Source: Escherichia phage 241Ecol014PP. From it: 64,000 nucleotides of DNA. Numbering within the stretch: the stretch's first letter is position 1; each line of letters starts with the position of its first letter. The stretch lies in the sequence record OR062943.1; one strand, 5' to 3'. Below, piece by piece: positions 27,226-36,970 of this stretch. The translations under genes were made by a program, and so were the position numbers. The notes under the pieces are model-generated. The model had not been told where the DNA came from and searched no databases. It was given only the letters and a program-made list of their open reading frames with translations.

Positions 27226-27474
27226 GTGAGGGCCAGTGAGTGGGCAGCCAAGAACAGTTCACTCAACTGGTTCGACTTTCTTTGGTGCAGGGTGCTCAAG
27301 AATTTCAAAGGGGAAAATTTTGAATCGCTAAATCTTGCAGATATGGCGTATTTCCTGAAGCTCTGTGAGTATCTTGATATCGAAGAATTCCTAGATACCG
27401 TCCAAAACAGGGAAATGGAGCGGGAGCAGAAGGCTGCCGCAGCTGCTGCGAAAGCTAAGCGCAGGAGAGGATAA
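27226..27474 (+). CDS. second tail chaperone ORF (possible frameshift extension)
   Basis: Lies in the -1 frame relative to 26741-27214 and is open from 27169; no slippery heptamer identified. Confidence 0.25.
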   Translation: MRASEWAAKNSSLNWFDFLWCRVLKNFKGENFESLNLADMAYFLKLCEYLDIEEFLDTVQNREMEREQKAAAAAAKAKRRRG

Positions 27475-27478
27475 TCTA

Positions 27479-27516
27479 AGGGCCGGATTCCTTTTCTGGG
27501 ATCTGGCCCTTTTTAT
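27479..27516 (+). terminator. hairpin with T-run
   Basis: GGCCGGAT...ATCTGGCC then CTTTTTA. Confidence 0.5.
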
Positions 27517-27528
27517 TATGAGGAAACC

Positions 27529-29865
27529 ATGGCTACAAACAAAATAGTTGCCACAACAGTCAACAAGATTGGCTTTGAGATAGAGAACTCCTCCTACAAA
27601 AAAGCTGTAGAGAAAATTCGCAGTATTGGGAGGGAGTTCAGGAAACTTGGCGAGGATTTTAACTCAGCCAACCCCATGAGTAGATGGCAGGCGGTAGCTG
27701 TTAAAACCCAGCAGACAATGCAGCGGGTTGCCAGACAGCAATCTCAGGCAAATGCTAAACTGCACAGAGAGAGCGTAGCACAGGCCAAGAAAGAGGCTGC
27801 AGTAAGGGCTGCAATAGAACGTAGGGAGAATGCGAGACGTAAACAAGCTGTAGGTAATCTTACCGCTAAAAATCCAGAAATGGCTAGGATGCGTAAGTTC
27901 TACCAGCAGCAAGCTAAAGAGGCCAAAAAGGCTGCCAAATCTGCACCAGTGTCTTACGGCGGTTATAAGCCACCTAAGGCAAGAGTTCTGGCTAATACTA
28001 AAGCTTTCAAATATATCCCCGGTAACCCTAATATGGGTGGTGTGGCTTCCGACCCTAATCTTGTGAAAGCTCAGACAGCTGCTATGAATCGTTATCATAG
28101 ACAGCTAAGAAGGGACGGTAAAGCTGGTATGGATAATAGGCTTATGTCGGATCGTGAGGCAAGAAGAACCCACCTCTACAACTCCGCGATAAGACTTTCT
28201 GCCAAGTATGGTGCCGGATTCCGTGGAAGCTTGCCAGGATACTCAGAGTTAGAGTCCAGGTTTGCTCGCGGGGAGATGAAAAAGTCAACCTTTAACGCCC
28301 ACCTGTCAGCGCTGCAGTCTGGATTTAAAAGTGCCACCAGCCAAACGCTTACACTAGGCGATGCCATGAGAGACTTACGTAGATCTGTTATTAATGCAAC
28401 AGCTGCGTATACAGCTTTTTCTGGATTTGCTGCGGTTAACAGATCCGGTCACATGATGGAGGGGGCAAGTGCTGCTCTTACTGCTGTTACTGGAGATCCA
28501 AACAAAGCCAACAGTGAGGTTGCGTTTGTCCAGCAAGAGGCTATGCGTCTTGGTTTTGATCTCAAATCTGGTCTTCAAGGTTACGCCCAAATGTCGGTAA
28601 ACGCCAAAAACCAGATGACAAACCAGGAAGTGCATGAGCTGTTTTCTGCATACTCCCAGTATGCTGCTGCTTATGGTGCCGATGAGGTAAAATACCAGCG
28701 CGGTATTATGGCAATCCAACAGATGCTCGGGAAGGGACAAGTAATGTCCGAAGAGCTGAAGCAACAACTTGCTGAAGCATTGCCTGGTGCATATGAACCT
28801 TTTATCAAGGCCACCAAAGAGGCTTTTGGTCTTTCTGAACTCTCCATGGATCAGTTCATGGACATGATGAAGAAAGGTGAGGTTAAAACAGCCAAGATCA
28901 TGAAGTATGTGGCTAAGTACATGAACGAGGCATCTGCAGCTGGTTATGAAAGAATGCAGAAGTCTAACGTGCTGGCAGAAAACAGACTGAAAACCTTCAT
29001 CGAACTGACTCGTCAGAAACTGTTCACCCGTTGGTCTGACGAACTAACAGAGTTCTATTATACACTAATCCGCACTGGTGAGACTCTGCAATTTGTGTGG
29101 GATGCCTCTGGTGATTTTGTTAGCGGGTTTGTGAGAGGCCTTAACTGGGTAGTTGGTGAACTAAACAATACTATAGTTAAGATCCGCATGTTTTTCCTTG
29201 AATGGGGGATTAAATGGGGATTCATAACAGCTAAGACGAAGGAATATTCTGAAGAGCTTCATGACACCTTTAGCTATGCTAAATGGGCAGGGTTTGCTGC
29301 TGCCATCATGCTGGTCGTCAACGCCCTAACAAAAGGTTTTGTCATGGCATCTATGCTTGTAAAAACCTTTAAATTCCTTAATTCTCTAAGAGGTGCAGCT
29401 GGAGCAGCAGGTGCAGCTACTGCAGAAGGATCTGGTGGTGGTGGCGCGGCAGGAAAAGGTGGAGGTGGCCTCAAGACACCTGGTGGTAAAGTTGGTCTGC
29501 TTGGCAAGCTGGGCATTATCGGTACAATATTAAGCGCCGGGGAATTATTTAATGACCGTTTCAACCCACTGAGTGAAAGAAATCAGCAACTGGATACTAT
29601 CAGCGATATGATTCGCAAAGATATCATATCGGGAGGTAACGGGTTTGTTAATCCTTTGGACACCTTACCGGGCGGGACTCTTCCGTTGCCGGGTGGCCCT
29701 GGTTTTGCTTCTCAATTAAGAACTATGGAAATGCTACCTTTAGAGATCAGTGATGGGAAAATCACGATTTCAATAGATGAGGGTGAGTTTAACAAAATAT
29801 TTGATGCAAAACTTGAGTGGGAGAACAATAAAGATATCAACTTCATGTCTACCGACCTTTGGTAA
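27529..29865 (+). CDS. tail tape measure protein
   Basis: 778 aa, largely helical, Gly/Ala-rich segment (AGAAGAATAEGSGGGGAAGKGGGG), position after chaperones. Confidence 0.65.
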   Translation: MATNKIVATTVNKIGFEIENSSYKKAVEKIRSIGREFRKLGEDFNSANPMSRWQAVAVKTQQTMQRVARQQSQANAKLHRESVAQAKKEAAVRAAIERRENARRKQAVGNLTAKNPEMARMRKFYQQQAKEAKKAAKSAPVSYGGYKPPKARVLANTKAFKYIPGNPNMGGVASDPNLVKAQTAAMNRYHRQLRRDGKAGMDNRLMSDREARRTHLYNSAIRLSAKYGAGFRGSLPGYSELESRFARGEMKKSTFNAHLSALQSGFKSATSQTLTLGDAMRDLRRSVINATAAYTAFSGFAAVNRSGHMMEGASAALTAVTGDPNKANSEVAFVQQEAMRLGFDLKSGLQGYAQMSVNAKNQMTNQEVHELFSAYSQYAAAYGADEVKYQRGIMAIQQMLGKGQVMSEELKQQLAEALPGAYEPFIKATKEAFGLSELSMDQFMDMMKKGEVKTAKIMKYVAKYMNEASAAGYERMQKSNVLAENRLKTFIELTRQKLFTRWSDELTEFYYTLIRTGETLQFVWDASGDFVSGFVRGLNWVVGELNNTIVKIRMFFLEWGIKWGFITAKTKEYSEELHDTFSYAKWAGFAAAIMLVVNALTKGFVMASMLVKTFKFLNSLRGAAGAAGAATAEGSGGGGAAGKGGGGLKTPGGKVGLLGKLGIIGTILSAGELFNDRFNPLSERNQQLDTISDMIRKDIISGGNGFVNPLDTLPGGTLPLPGGPGFASQLRTMEMLPLEISDGKITISIDEGEFNKIFDAKLEWENNKDINFMSTDLW

Positions 29866-29875
29866 TAAACTGTGC

Positions 29876-29902
29876 AGGGGGGCTCCGGCCCCCTTTATTT
29901 TA
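29876..29902 (+). terminator. intrinsic terminator
   Basis: GGGGGGC-tcc-GGCCCCC hairpin plus TTTATTTT. Confidence 0.65.
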
Positions 29903-29908
29903 TCGGTG

Positions 29909-29937
29909 TTGTAAAAACGGCTATTTTATGATACAAT
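29909..29937 (+). promoter_or_regulatory. sigma70-like promoter TTGTAA-17-TACAAT
   Basis: TGa-extended -10 at 29932-29937. Confidence 0.45.
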
Positions 29938-29943
29938 ATCTAG

Positions 29944-30855
29944 ATGGTATCGGAGTGTCCTGGAGAGGTTATGCCAAGCAATATAGTTGATGAAAAAGAC
30001 CTGTACAAGCCTCAAGAGGTTAAATCTCCAAAGGCTGAAAAGGCAGAGCAGCAAACTGAAAGCGATGTAAAGTACACTATGTTTGTCAGCGGTCTTAACT
30101 ATGGCGGTCGCAATACGGAGATGAAGGGTAAAAACTTTACTAACGATCTTGCCATTATCTTCGATCAGGTTGAGAATTACTCTTTCAAACATTCTGTTGA
30201 TAAGACTGGGTTTGCGGTGGAAGATAAATCTACCCTGTCAGACCACGCTGTAATTAAAGATGGTGTATTTTCTTTTACTGGTAGGGTAAATACATCCCCA
30301 CACATAATTTATGAGCAAAACTACATTGATAGGAATACTGACTCTAAAAACCCTGCAGCATCTATGCGACCAGGCGCTGCATTGGAGGCTTTGACTGAGA
30401 TTATCAATAAGCGACAGTTGGTTTCTTTGGTTACCGAGGAGAGACTTCTTGAGAACTACATCATAACCAGTCTTTCTGCCAACAAGTCTGTTGGTGAAGG
30501 CGCTGCAATGGTGTTTGATGTAGAGCTTACAGAGTTCCGCACATTCTACTTGAATAAGGTTGTTAATGCAACTGTATACAGCAATCCTAAGAAAGTAGGC
30601 AAAACCCAGCAAAAAGGTGCTGTCAACGACTGTAAGAATGGCAGTAACGTGGGTAACAAGAGGGACACAGGAGCATTCGCAGACACTGCATCCACAAACG
30701 CTGCAGAGGAGTGGCAGCCATACAAATCTATGATGTGGACAGATGAAAACGGTGTTACCCAATCGGCTGCGGATTGGTATTATCAGGAATATGGAAGACC
30801 TTCTACCATAGTCCCCTCTGAGCAGGGAAACTACAACAAAGTTAACGGGAAATAA
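29944..30855 (+). CDS. tail/baseplate protein (unassigned)
   Basis: ORF-track ORF; start uncertain (ATG 29944 or 29971). Confidence 0.35.
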   Translation: MVSECPGEVMPSNIVDEKDLYKPQEVKSPKAEKAEQQTESDVKYTMFVSGLNYGGRNTEMKGKNFTNDLAIIFDQVENYSFKHSVDKTGFAVEDKSTLSDHAVIKDGVFSFTGRVNTSPHIIYEQNYIDRNTDSKNPAASMRPGAALEALTEIINKRQLVSLVTEERLLENYIITSLSANKSVGEGAAMVFDVELTEFRTFYLNKVVNATVYSNPKKVGKTQQKGAVNDCKNGSNVGNKRDTGAFADTASTNAAEEWQPYKSMMWTDENGVTQSAADWYYQEYGRPSTIVPSEQGNYNKVNGK

Positions 30856-30867
30856 GGAGAGCGTATA

Positions 30868-31248
30868 ATGGAGCTTAAAGATTGGTGCATAATCACCTTT
30901 GTGTGGGACATTGACGGCTTTCCTGATCAAACCATGCGTGTTGTTTTAGACAATGAAACGTATGAAATGCGTATGCAATGGAATGAGAGGGATGAGTCCT
31001 GGTGGTTATCTCTTGGTCCAGTAGGTGACAGCCCTTTAGTAACCAGAAAAGTAACAGCTTGTCAAGATATTTTAGACGGACTGCATTACCGAGATGATTT
31101 ACCGAAAGGTAGACTGATGGCGCTGTCGTTTAAAGACGATCAATATTGGGGCAGGGTTGGAAGATATAACCTTGGGGCGAGATCTGAGCTACAACTTGTA
31201 TACGGCACCCCGGTTGATCTTTACAAGGAACAGCAAGGGTTAGAATAA
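30868..31248 (+). CDS. small baseplate protein (unassigned)
   Basis: 126 aa, position only. Confidence 0.3.
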   Translation: MELKDWCIITFVWDIDGFPDQTMRVVLDNETYEMRMQWNERDESWWLSLGPVGDSPLVTRKVTACQDILDGLHYRDDLPKGRLMALSFKDDQYWGRVGRYNLGARSELQLVYGTPVDLYKEQQGLE

Positions 31249-32252
31249 TGGCAGAGTACAGACGTAGAACATGGCGATTATTGTTTGGTCGTCCTGTAGA
31301 ACATGGCGGTAAATCAAAAACCAATATCCCAAAATCTGTTGAAAAGAAAGGGGAGAGTGATTCCGGAGTTTATGAAGTTAGCTCGGACACTGGTGCTGCC
31401 AATATAGAGTTTGACATACAAAAGGACAATACCAAAGAGCCAAACAAAGGTTATGTGACAGTTTACAACCTGTCTGACGATACAGTTAACTATCTGGATA
31501 TGCATCAGGCTGATGCCCTTGCAGTTATGTTTGAAGCTGGCTATGATAATGAGAACCAGTTAATATTCTCCGGAACTGTGGAGTTTGTTGAAGACAGATG
31601 GGAAGGTCCGACCAGAAAAACTAAGTTCATCTTCGGGGATGGCACTGAGAACATCATTAAGTGCCAAAGCACCAGATCTTATCAGAAAGGCACACCTCTG
31701 AACTCTGTGCTTAATGACCTGCTGAAGGATATGAACTTGCCAAAAGGTAGGGTTGTTGGTTTTGGAAACCAGACTTTGCAATACTCTATGGCTTTCTCTG
31801 GAAACACTGCAGAGAACCTCCGCAGGTTTGCAAGGCTGACCAACTCCACATTTAGCGTTCAGGATGGGGCTTTGTATTGGACTAAGGTTGGAAAAAGGTT
31901 CAAAGACTCTGTGTTTGAAATAAGTGCAGAGTCTGGGATGCACGGATCTCCCACCCCTAAAAACCCAGAACCTGCTAAAAAACGAAAAGCTAAAGCTGCT
32001 GCCAAAGGTGGTTCGACATCTAAAAAGAAAAAGAAAAACCCGAGAGAGGATGTTGGCCTTACTGTAACCACATGCCTTAACGGAGCTATCCTCCCAGAGT
32101 CCACTATTTATCTTAAAAGCAAGCAATATACAGGCTTCTATAAGGTGATCACGGTGCATCATAAGGGCACCATAGAAGGTGGTGACTACACTACAGAGCT
32201 TGGCCTTGGGGAAACAGTGGGTGGAGTTGTTGACAAAACTGAGGAGGTATAA
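31248..32252 (+). CDS. baseplate hub-like protein (putative)
   Basis: 334 aa with Lys-rich linker (KKRKAKAAAKGGSTSKKKKKNPRE); position only. Confidence 0.3.
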   Translation: MAEYRRRTWRLLFGRPVEHGGKSKTNIPKSVEKKGESDSGVYEVSSDTGAANIEFDIQKDNTKEPNKGYVTVYNLSDDTVNYLDMHQADALAVMFEAGYDNENQLIFSGTVEFVEDRWEGPTRKTKFIFGDGTENIIKCQSTRSYQKGTPLNSVLNDLLKDMNLPKGRVVGFGNQTLQYSMAFSGNTAENLRRFARLTNSTFSVQDGALYWTKVGKRFKDSVFEISAESGMHGSPTPKNPEPAKKRKAKAAAKGGSTSKKKKKNPREDVGLTVTTCLNGAILPESTIYLKSKQYTGFYKVITVHHKGTIEGGDYTTELGLGETVGGVVDKTEEV

Positions 32253-32929
32253 TGGCAATAAATAGGAAAGATGCTGCTGTAAGATCCTTTATAGAAAAAA
32301 TAATGAGGGACTACCACACCAGTATCAGGGCCAGAGTTGTCAGTGTAGACTACAGTATCCCTTCTGCAGCCGTGCAGCCAATAGCTGAAACCACGTTTGA
32401 TGACGGAGATGTGGAGAGATACCCTCTTATCTATGACGTTCCAATTCAGGTGATGTCTGCAAACAGCGGAAAGGCAAGGTTAACACTCCCTATTAAGGCT
32501 GGAGATGTTGTAGGATTGCAGTTTTCAGAGAGAAATGAAAACAATAACGACGATCAACAAACTCACGGCCTGTTTCCAGGGTGGGCAATCACCTCTGTTC
32601 ATTCAGACTCAAACGCCTTACAGATCGATCCTGATAACGTAGAGTTATGGAATGATAGGGTTTATTTTAAACTGACACCTTCTGGCGATTTTGAGCTTCA
32701 AACACCTGGTGGGACATTACGGTGCGACAGCAGCGGGGAGTTTTCTTTCACTAACGGGTCTGCCAATTTGCGAGCTGCTGTGGATGGGAATATCAGAATG
32801 AATGGTGCTACAATAGACCCATCTGGTAGAATTATAACTGCTGCTGGCGTGGATTTGGATTCATTCTATGCAGAATATAAAGGTCATACCCACTCTTGCC
32901 CTGATGGCGAGACAAGTGGACCGCACTAA
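32252..32929 (+). CDS. baseplate spike-like protein (putative)
   Basis: 225 aa; position only. Confidence 0.3.
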   Translation: MAINRKDAAVRSFIEKIMRDYHTSIRARVVSVDYSIPSAAVQPIAETTFDDGDVERYPLIYDVPIQVMSANSGKARLTLPIKAGDVVGLQFSERNENNNDDQQTHGLFPGWAITSVHSDSNALQIDPDNVELWNDRVYFKLTPSGDFELQTPGGTLRCDSSGEFSFTNGSANLRAAVDGNIRMNGATIDPSGRIITAAGVDLDSFYAEYKGHTHSCPDGETSGPH

Positions 32930-32941
32930 TAGAGGGCTTTC

Positions 32942-33658
32942 ATGGCTACGCTTTATAGTGATATATTGATGGACCCACAGACAGGCGATTTGGCGATAGA
33001 CAAAGGTCTTGAGTTGATAGATTCAAACCAGGTAAGTCTGCGCCAGCGCTTGTGGATGAGGTTTAATACGTGGAAGGGGAGCTGGTACTTTGACGAACTG
33101 TTTGGCTTCCCTTATATGGACTTTCTCAGTAAGAAGGTCATGAAGACTGTTCTTGATAACAAGATCATGGAAGTGGCAAGACAAGAGCCGGATGTGCTAA
33201 ACATCATAAACTTCCAGTCTACCATGGACCGAAGATCGAGAACATACCAAGCGTTCTTTGAGGTTGTTACCAAAGAGAACGAGATTGTAAGGCTGGCTTT
33301 CGTAGGTCTTGATCAGTTCACCTACCCACAACCTGATTCTGGGACAACCTCTCTCTGTGATGATGAGGGTTGGATTAAGTGGGCTAATAAACTGTACTAC
33401 CTGATCAACTTCAGATTACCTAGAACCGGAGATGCCACATGGTGGAACCAGTATGCTGGTCCTGAGATGGAAAACCCGATCCCTGTAGGCTCTCTGTTGA
33501 CTCAGGATAAAGATCTGCTGATGACTGAGGCAGAACAAACCATTAACCGCAATACCTGGACGCTTGCTCCAGATGAGCGCGAATACTCTGGTGTTATTGC
33601 TACCTCCAATGATGAGGCTATTGCCAACCAGTCTGGTCGTGCTATTGATGTTAACTAA
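32942..33658 (+). CDS. baseplate protein (unassigned)
   Basis: ORF-track ORF in the tail block. Confidence 0.3.
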   Translation: MATLYSDILMDPQTGDLAIDKGLELIDSNQVSLRQRLWMRFNTWKGSWYFDELFGFPYMDFLSKKVMKTVLDNKIMEVARQEPDVLNIINFQSTMDRRSRTYQAFFEVVTKENEIVRLAFVGLDQFTYPQPDSGTTSLCDDEGWIKWANKLYYLINFRLPRTGDATWWNQYAGPEMENPIPVGSLLTQDKDLLMTEAEQTINRNTWTLAPDEREYSGVIATSNDEAIANQSGRAIDVN

Positions 33659-33667
33659 GGAGAAATC

Positions 33668-34336
33668 ATGGCTGTAGCTTATCCTACAATACCAATTCCA
33701 GATCTTGAAGATGCAGAAACAGTCCTGAGTGATGACTTCTTGGTTGTCAACCAGACTGATGGGACAAGAAAGGCTAAGATTGACGATGTTGTCAACGATC
33801 TTAGTATTACTAAGATAGTCTATTTCACAGAGGGTGGTTATCTTAAGAGCAAGAAGGACTTTGCTTATGACCCAGAGACTAAGCGCTACTACACGTGGAA
33901 CGGGGATTATCCTAAAATAATCCTACCAGACTCCACTGTAGAGGGTGCTGGGGGCGTGTCTGCAAATGCCTGGTCTGTTTTTGGTGAGCTTGCTGCAACT
34001 TCTTCTGGCAGAATAGTTGATTACGGATCTATCGGTGGTCAGCTTGATATGGATCTTGAAGTTGCGGATACCTTTAAGGTTCGACTAACTTCAAATACCA
34101 CAATCTCTTTTGAAAATCAAACAGAAGGTCTTGAAGGGGTGGAGAGAACTATAACCGTATGCATTACTCAGACCTCTGGCGGCAACAAAGTCTATTGGCC
34201 TGGTAATGTTAAATGGTCCTACGGAAGAGATCCTATCCTAACATTTACAGCTGGTGCAACAGATATTTTCAAGTTGGAAACCTACGACAACGGGTTAACT
34301 TGGTACGGGGCACTGATTATCGCAGGAGCTATCTAA
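33668..34336 (+). CDS. tail protein sharing an N-terminal domain with the 36971 fibre
   Basis: N-terminal 100 aa parallels 36971-40771 (DD.LVV.Q.D.TR..KI.DVV, F.EGG.L...DFAY, W.G..P). Confidence 0.35.
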   Translation: MAVAYPTIPIPDLEDAETVLSDDFLVVNQTDGTRKAKIDDVVNDLSITKIVYFTEGGYLKSKKDFAYDPETKRYYTWNGDYPKIILPDSTVEGAGGVSANAWSVFGELAATSSGRIVDYGSIGGQLDMDLEVADTFKVRLTSNTTISFENQTEGLEGVERTITVCITQTSGGNKVYWPGNVKWSYGRDPILTFTAGATDIFKLETYDNGLTWYGALIIAGAI

Positions 34337-34337
34337 G

Positions 34338-36935
34338 ATGCGTATTCAACATAACATTGATAACGTATTTCAGATGATTGAGGGGCACAGGAAGTGCCTC
34401 GATAACAACACAGGTATTACCAACACCCCTACACAAAATAAGCTAGTAAACCCTGATGGTCTTATAGCTGCAGGGTGGGCAGGTAATAAGATAAATAATG
34501 ATTGGGCAATGCATGAGTCCCAAGCTGTGTTGATTCTGGGATACATTGAAGCATACAGGGCATCGAAAAGCGATTTCTATCTGGATAGGGCAAAAGATGC
34601 TTGGGAAGCTTACAATAGTCATCTTCTTGGTGCATATGCTGTAGAAAGTAAAATGCAAAGATTGTCCCACTACCCTCTATCCACAGACGGGGTTCCATCA
34701 CATGGTGGGTTTAAAGATGTGGTGGTGTCTTTTACCAATGGTAGAGGAAAAATCCCAGCTGGATCTCCGACATGGGGGGAATACCTGGACAAGGCATTCC
34801 AAGCGTATAACGGTGTGTTAGGAAGAAACACTGTAGACTCTGATGTTTACGGTGGCACAGATGCTAACCCAGATTGGACAACATCCGGATTAAGTTGGTG
34901 GGTTGAGTGGTACATAGCATGGGATGGTAACCGCTATTGGGCTAACGGTAGCATAGCCGACAGTGGTCATACGTCTGTAGAGTTCGGCACAATCCAATTA
35001 CAAGATAAGGGTGTTACAGGCAGCCACAAGGTGACCTATTGTGTAAGATTACCTCAAGAGCAGGGTGGATCGGTGATACCTGCAGGATCCCCTGTAATTG
35101 TAAATCCTATAAACGTGGTTGCAGATAATCAAGCCCCGGAGTTGGACGGGGAAGAGATGTGGTGTGACGCTTGTTATCAACTCTACACCTTGACAGGTGA
35201 GGAAAAGTATTACACCGCGTTTGAACAGTCTTACAACAAGTTGCTTAATTTCAGTGATATAAACGCCTACGACAAACTGTTTAGAAAGACCACGTTGATT
35301 AAGGCACCGTTCACAGATGGTACTTGTCTTGTTGCAGGAACAGTTCCTGTCATGAGCAGGGACAGTGACGGGTATATCAATTTTAGAATGAACGCACGCC
35401 AGCCTTGCGAAATAATTCAAAAAGGGACTACATACAAAATAGGCAGAGATGCTGAAATTGTTATGAATTTCGGAGGAGAAGGTGTTCTGTTCCAGCCGCA
35501 TTTCATCCTTAATGATGGCAACAATAACAAAAAACAGTACAGGATAGGTGTCCCTTTTGGAGGTGCAGAGGTAACAGAAATAGTTGCCAAGGTTACTGAT
35601 TTCGTAGAGGTAGTTGGTAAAGACGGTAATCCGTATCTCTTACCTAAAGAGGAAAACATTGCCGTAAGCGGTGGTGCTAGTGTTAGTATGCAGTATGATA
35701 CCGACATTTACAACCACTCTGACAACTTCACCCGTTGTAATATAGCAAGAGGTAAAGTAACTTTCAATTTTGGAAGAGAGATTTCTTTAAACTCAGTAAC
35801 TTATCGATCAGATGATGAGATGGTAAGGGTCAAATTTCTTGACAAAGACAGGTGGTTATGGTATGCTGATCTATATGCCACTAATGGACAATGGATAACA
35901 GAAACTCTTACTCTAGGAGATTTCAAACTAGATCCGACACAGCCTCATCACACCGAAGAAGAGATTAAACCTTTCTTTGCTAATCCTAAGGGGCTCACCT
36001 CTGTAGATTTCAGCCTAAGCGACAGGCAGATAGGTAATGGCTTGTTTGATCTGTATTGCGTCAACACACTGCCGCAATTTTATATTGCAGATAGGGATGC
36101 TTATCTAATCTGGTTTAGCGTATGGATGGCAAGCAAGACAGAATCAACCGCTAAGGTTGGCGATTGCTATGTCAGAAACTACAAGCAAGGTGCATACAGG
36201 CACACACCCGGTGTGTTCCCTGCCGGAAAGGTGATAGATAAGGAAAACTATCTCTTGGAGGAAAGGCCAAATTGGCCCTACCCTGGCATGCAATACCCAG
36301 CAGTCTACTGCATGGGTGCAGAAAACATAGATCGCCATAGATTGTCAAATACAATAGGCTTTCTGTATGACGCTCAAGTCTGGTATAACAATACATTTAA
36401 GACAGAAGGTCCAGTTGCCTCGCGTTATGTATGGCAGAGAGGCAATGAAGGGTTGACTGGTTGGTGGGAGATGGTAGATAACTCTAAACTACAGTCAAGA
36501 TCTTTTGTTGCTGCGTGCCGCACAATATATGAGCTCAAGAAACATAAAGAACCTGTTGATGAAAGACTATTCCTGTTCTGCCAGAAATGGGCATGGTTCC
36601 TCAACAGATTCCAGTCATCTCATTCAGGAAATCTGCCTACAGACTTTAACACCTCTGGGGGATACTCTTATCAAGACAGAGGGGACAGGATGTGGGTGGT
36701 AGGTGAATGGCTTGCAGGTTGCTGCTGGCTAGGTCTGTGCGGGTATTCAGAGACAATACCTCAAATAGATATTGTTGTAGAAGCCTGTGTGAAGCTACTG
36801 CAAAAGCACCACTTCATTAATGGGGATAATATTTTAAACGGCTGCTGGGCAGTTTCTGATCCGGTTGGCTATCACTCTGGCGAAATCCTTCGCGGTCTGG
36901 GCCTTTATGCTCAATACCGTGGATTGTACCTTTAA
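34338..36935 (+). CDS. large tail-associated protein (865 aa)
   Basis: ORF-track ORF; Trp/Tyr-rich; position suggests a spike or wedge protein. Confidence 0.35.
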   Translation: MRIQHNIDNVFQMIEGHRKCLDNNTGITNTPTQNKLVNPDGLIAAGWAGNKINNDWAMHESQAVLILGYIEAYRASKSDFYLDRAKDAWEAYNSHLLGAYAVESKMQRLSHYPLSTDGVPSHGGFKDVVVSFTNGRGKIPAGSPTWGEYLDKAFQAYNGVLGRNTVDSDVYGGTDANPDWTTSGLSWWVEWYIAWDGNRYWANGSIADSGHTSVEFGTIQLQDKGVTGSHKVTYCVRLPQEQGGSVIPAGSPVIVNPINVVADNQAPELDGEEMWCDACYQLYTLTGEEKYYTAFEQSYNKLLNFSDINAYDKLFRKTTLIKAPFTDGTCLVAGTVPVMSRDSDGYINFRMNARQPCEIIQKGTTYKIGRDAEIVMNFGGEGVLFQPHFILNDGNNNKKQYRIGVPFGGAEVTEIVAKVTDFVEVVGKDGNPYLLPKEENIAVSGGASVSMQYDTDIYNHSDNFTRCNIARGKVTFNFGREISLNSVTYRSDDEMVRVKFLDKDRWLWYADLYATNGQWITETLTLGDFKLDPTQPHHTEEEIKPFFANPKGLTSVDFSLSDRQIGNGLFDLYCVNTLPQFYIADRDAYLIWFSVWMASKTESTAKVGDCYVRNYKQGAYRHTPGVFPAGKVIDKENYLLEERPNWPYPGMQYPAVYCMGAENIDRHRLSNTIGFLYDAQVWYNNTFKTEGPVASRYVWQRGNEGLTGWWEMVDNSKLQSRSFVAACRTIYELKKHKEPVDERLFLFCQKWAWFLNRFQSSHSGNLPTDFNTSGGYSYQDRGDRMWVVGEWLAGCCWLGLCGYSETIPQIDIVVEACVKLLQKHHFINGDNILNGCWAVSDPVGYHSGEILRGLGLYAQYRGLYL

Positions 36936-36937
36936 CA

Positions 36938-36960
36938 TAGGGGGCTGTTTGCCCCCTTTC
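36938..36960 (+). terminator. short hairpin with weak T-run
   Basis: GGGGGC-tgttt-GCCCCC then TTT; next gene's RBS follows. Confidence 0.35.
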
Positions 36961-36970
36961 AGGAGAAAGA

